DNA of 53,060 nucleotides from Candidatus Agathobaculum merdavium (GTDB lineage Bacteria; Bacillota; Clostridia; Oscillospirales; Butyricicoccaceae): NCBI GenBank assembly GCA_019115615.1, contig DXDE01000199.1, positions 1 to 53,060 of the forward strand, read 5' to 3'. Shown piece by piece: positions 52,685 to 53,060 of this stretch (position 1 is its first letter; each line of letters starts with the position of its first letter). The notes under the pieces were generated by a model. It saw only the letters and a program-made list of their open reading frames with translations, ran no database searches and was not told where the DNA came from. The position numbers and the translations under genes were made by a program.

Positions 52685-53060
52685 ATGCCTTGTCGTGAAT
52701 CAGTGGAATCGTGTAGAAAACCCAAGTTATCTGTTGCAGAGCAAATTGCACATATGAAAGAAGAAGGAATACAATTTTCGATTGTTACTGAAGATCAGGC
52801 TATTGAATTCCTGACTAATAGCACATATTATTTTAAAATTAAAGCCTATGCGAAGAACTATGAAAAATACAAAAATGGGGATAATGCCGGGAAATATGTC
52901 AATTTAGAGTTTGCATATTTACAAGAGTTATCTACGCTTGATGCCCATTTACGAAAGTTTATTATCAAAACCACTTTAGATGTAGAGCATTTTTTAAAGG
53001 TGCAAGTACTTAGACATTTAGAAAAGAATGATGTTGAAGATGGTTATACGATAGTTGCTA
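52685..53060 (+). CDS. Abi family (AbiD/AbiF-like, Abi_2) abortive-infection protein, 5' part, runs off the window
   Basis: Open frame translated by hand: KPKLSVAEQIAHMKEEGI...YYFKIKAY...YVNLEFAYLQELSTLDAHLR...LDVEHFLK; AT-rich. Confidence 0.8.
   Translation, partial: MPCRESVESCRKPKLSVAEQIAHMKEEGIQFSIVTEDQAIEFLTNSTYYFKIKAYAKNYEKYKNGDNAGKYVNLEFAYLQELSTLDAHLRKFIIKTTLDVEHFLKVQVLRHLEKNDVEDGYTIVA

Overview
This is the replication-origin region of a high-GC Firmicute; a gut Clostridia/Oscillospirales-like organism is inferred from gene content, not proven. It carries rpsF-ssb-rpsR, then gyrA-gyrB-remB-recF-yaaA-dnaN-[oriC]-dnaA on the minus strand, and rpmH-rnpA-yidD-yidC-jag-mnmE-mnmG-rsmG-noc-like-[2x parS]-parA-parB-serS on the plus strand. 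Further housekeeping genes are a two-component system, prmC, recA-recX, pepF, rimO, pgsA and pth, plus two tRNAs (Leu-TAG, Val-CAC). Four accessory blocks stand out. (1) At 25.7-31.0 kb, next to the tRNA-Leu 3' end, an orphan Pvc15/Afp15-like (contractile injection system type) AAA+ ATPase is divergently paired with a 972-aa protein. That protein has two ADP-ribosyltransferase-like domains linked by SH3-ligand-like proline repeats, and no injection-system structural genes are in the window. This is the best candidate for an undescribed system. (2) A yybP-ykoY riboswitch is followed by a 220-nt array of back-to-back hairpins and an orphan OadB plus tiny OadG-like pair. (3) A BlaI repressor is paired with a 1432-aa BlaR1-like sensor that has a repeated, non-penicillin-binding ectodomain. 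(4) After tRNA-Val, an AT-rich island starts with an IS110 element inserted exactly in the Shine-Dalgarno of an Abi-family gene; its circle-junction promoter and candidate bridge-RNA guides can be read from the sequence. All family assignments come from motifs recognised by eye; no database search was run.
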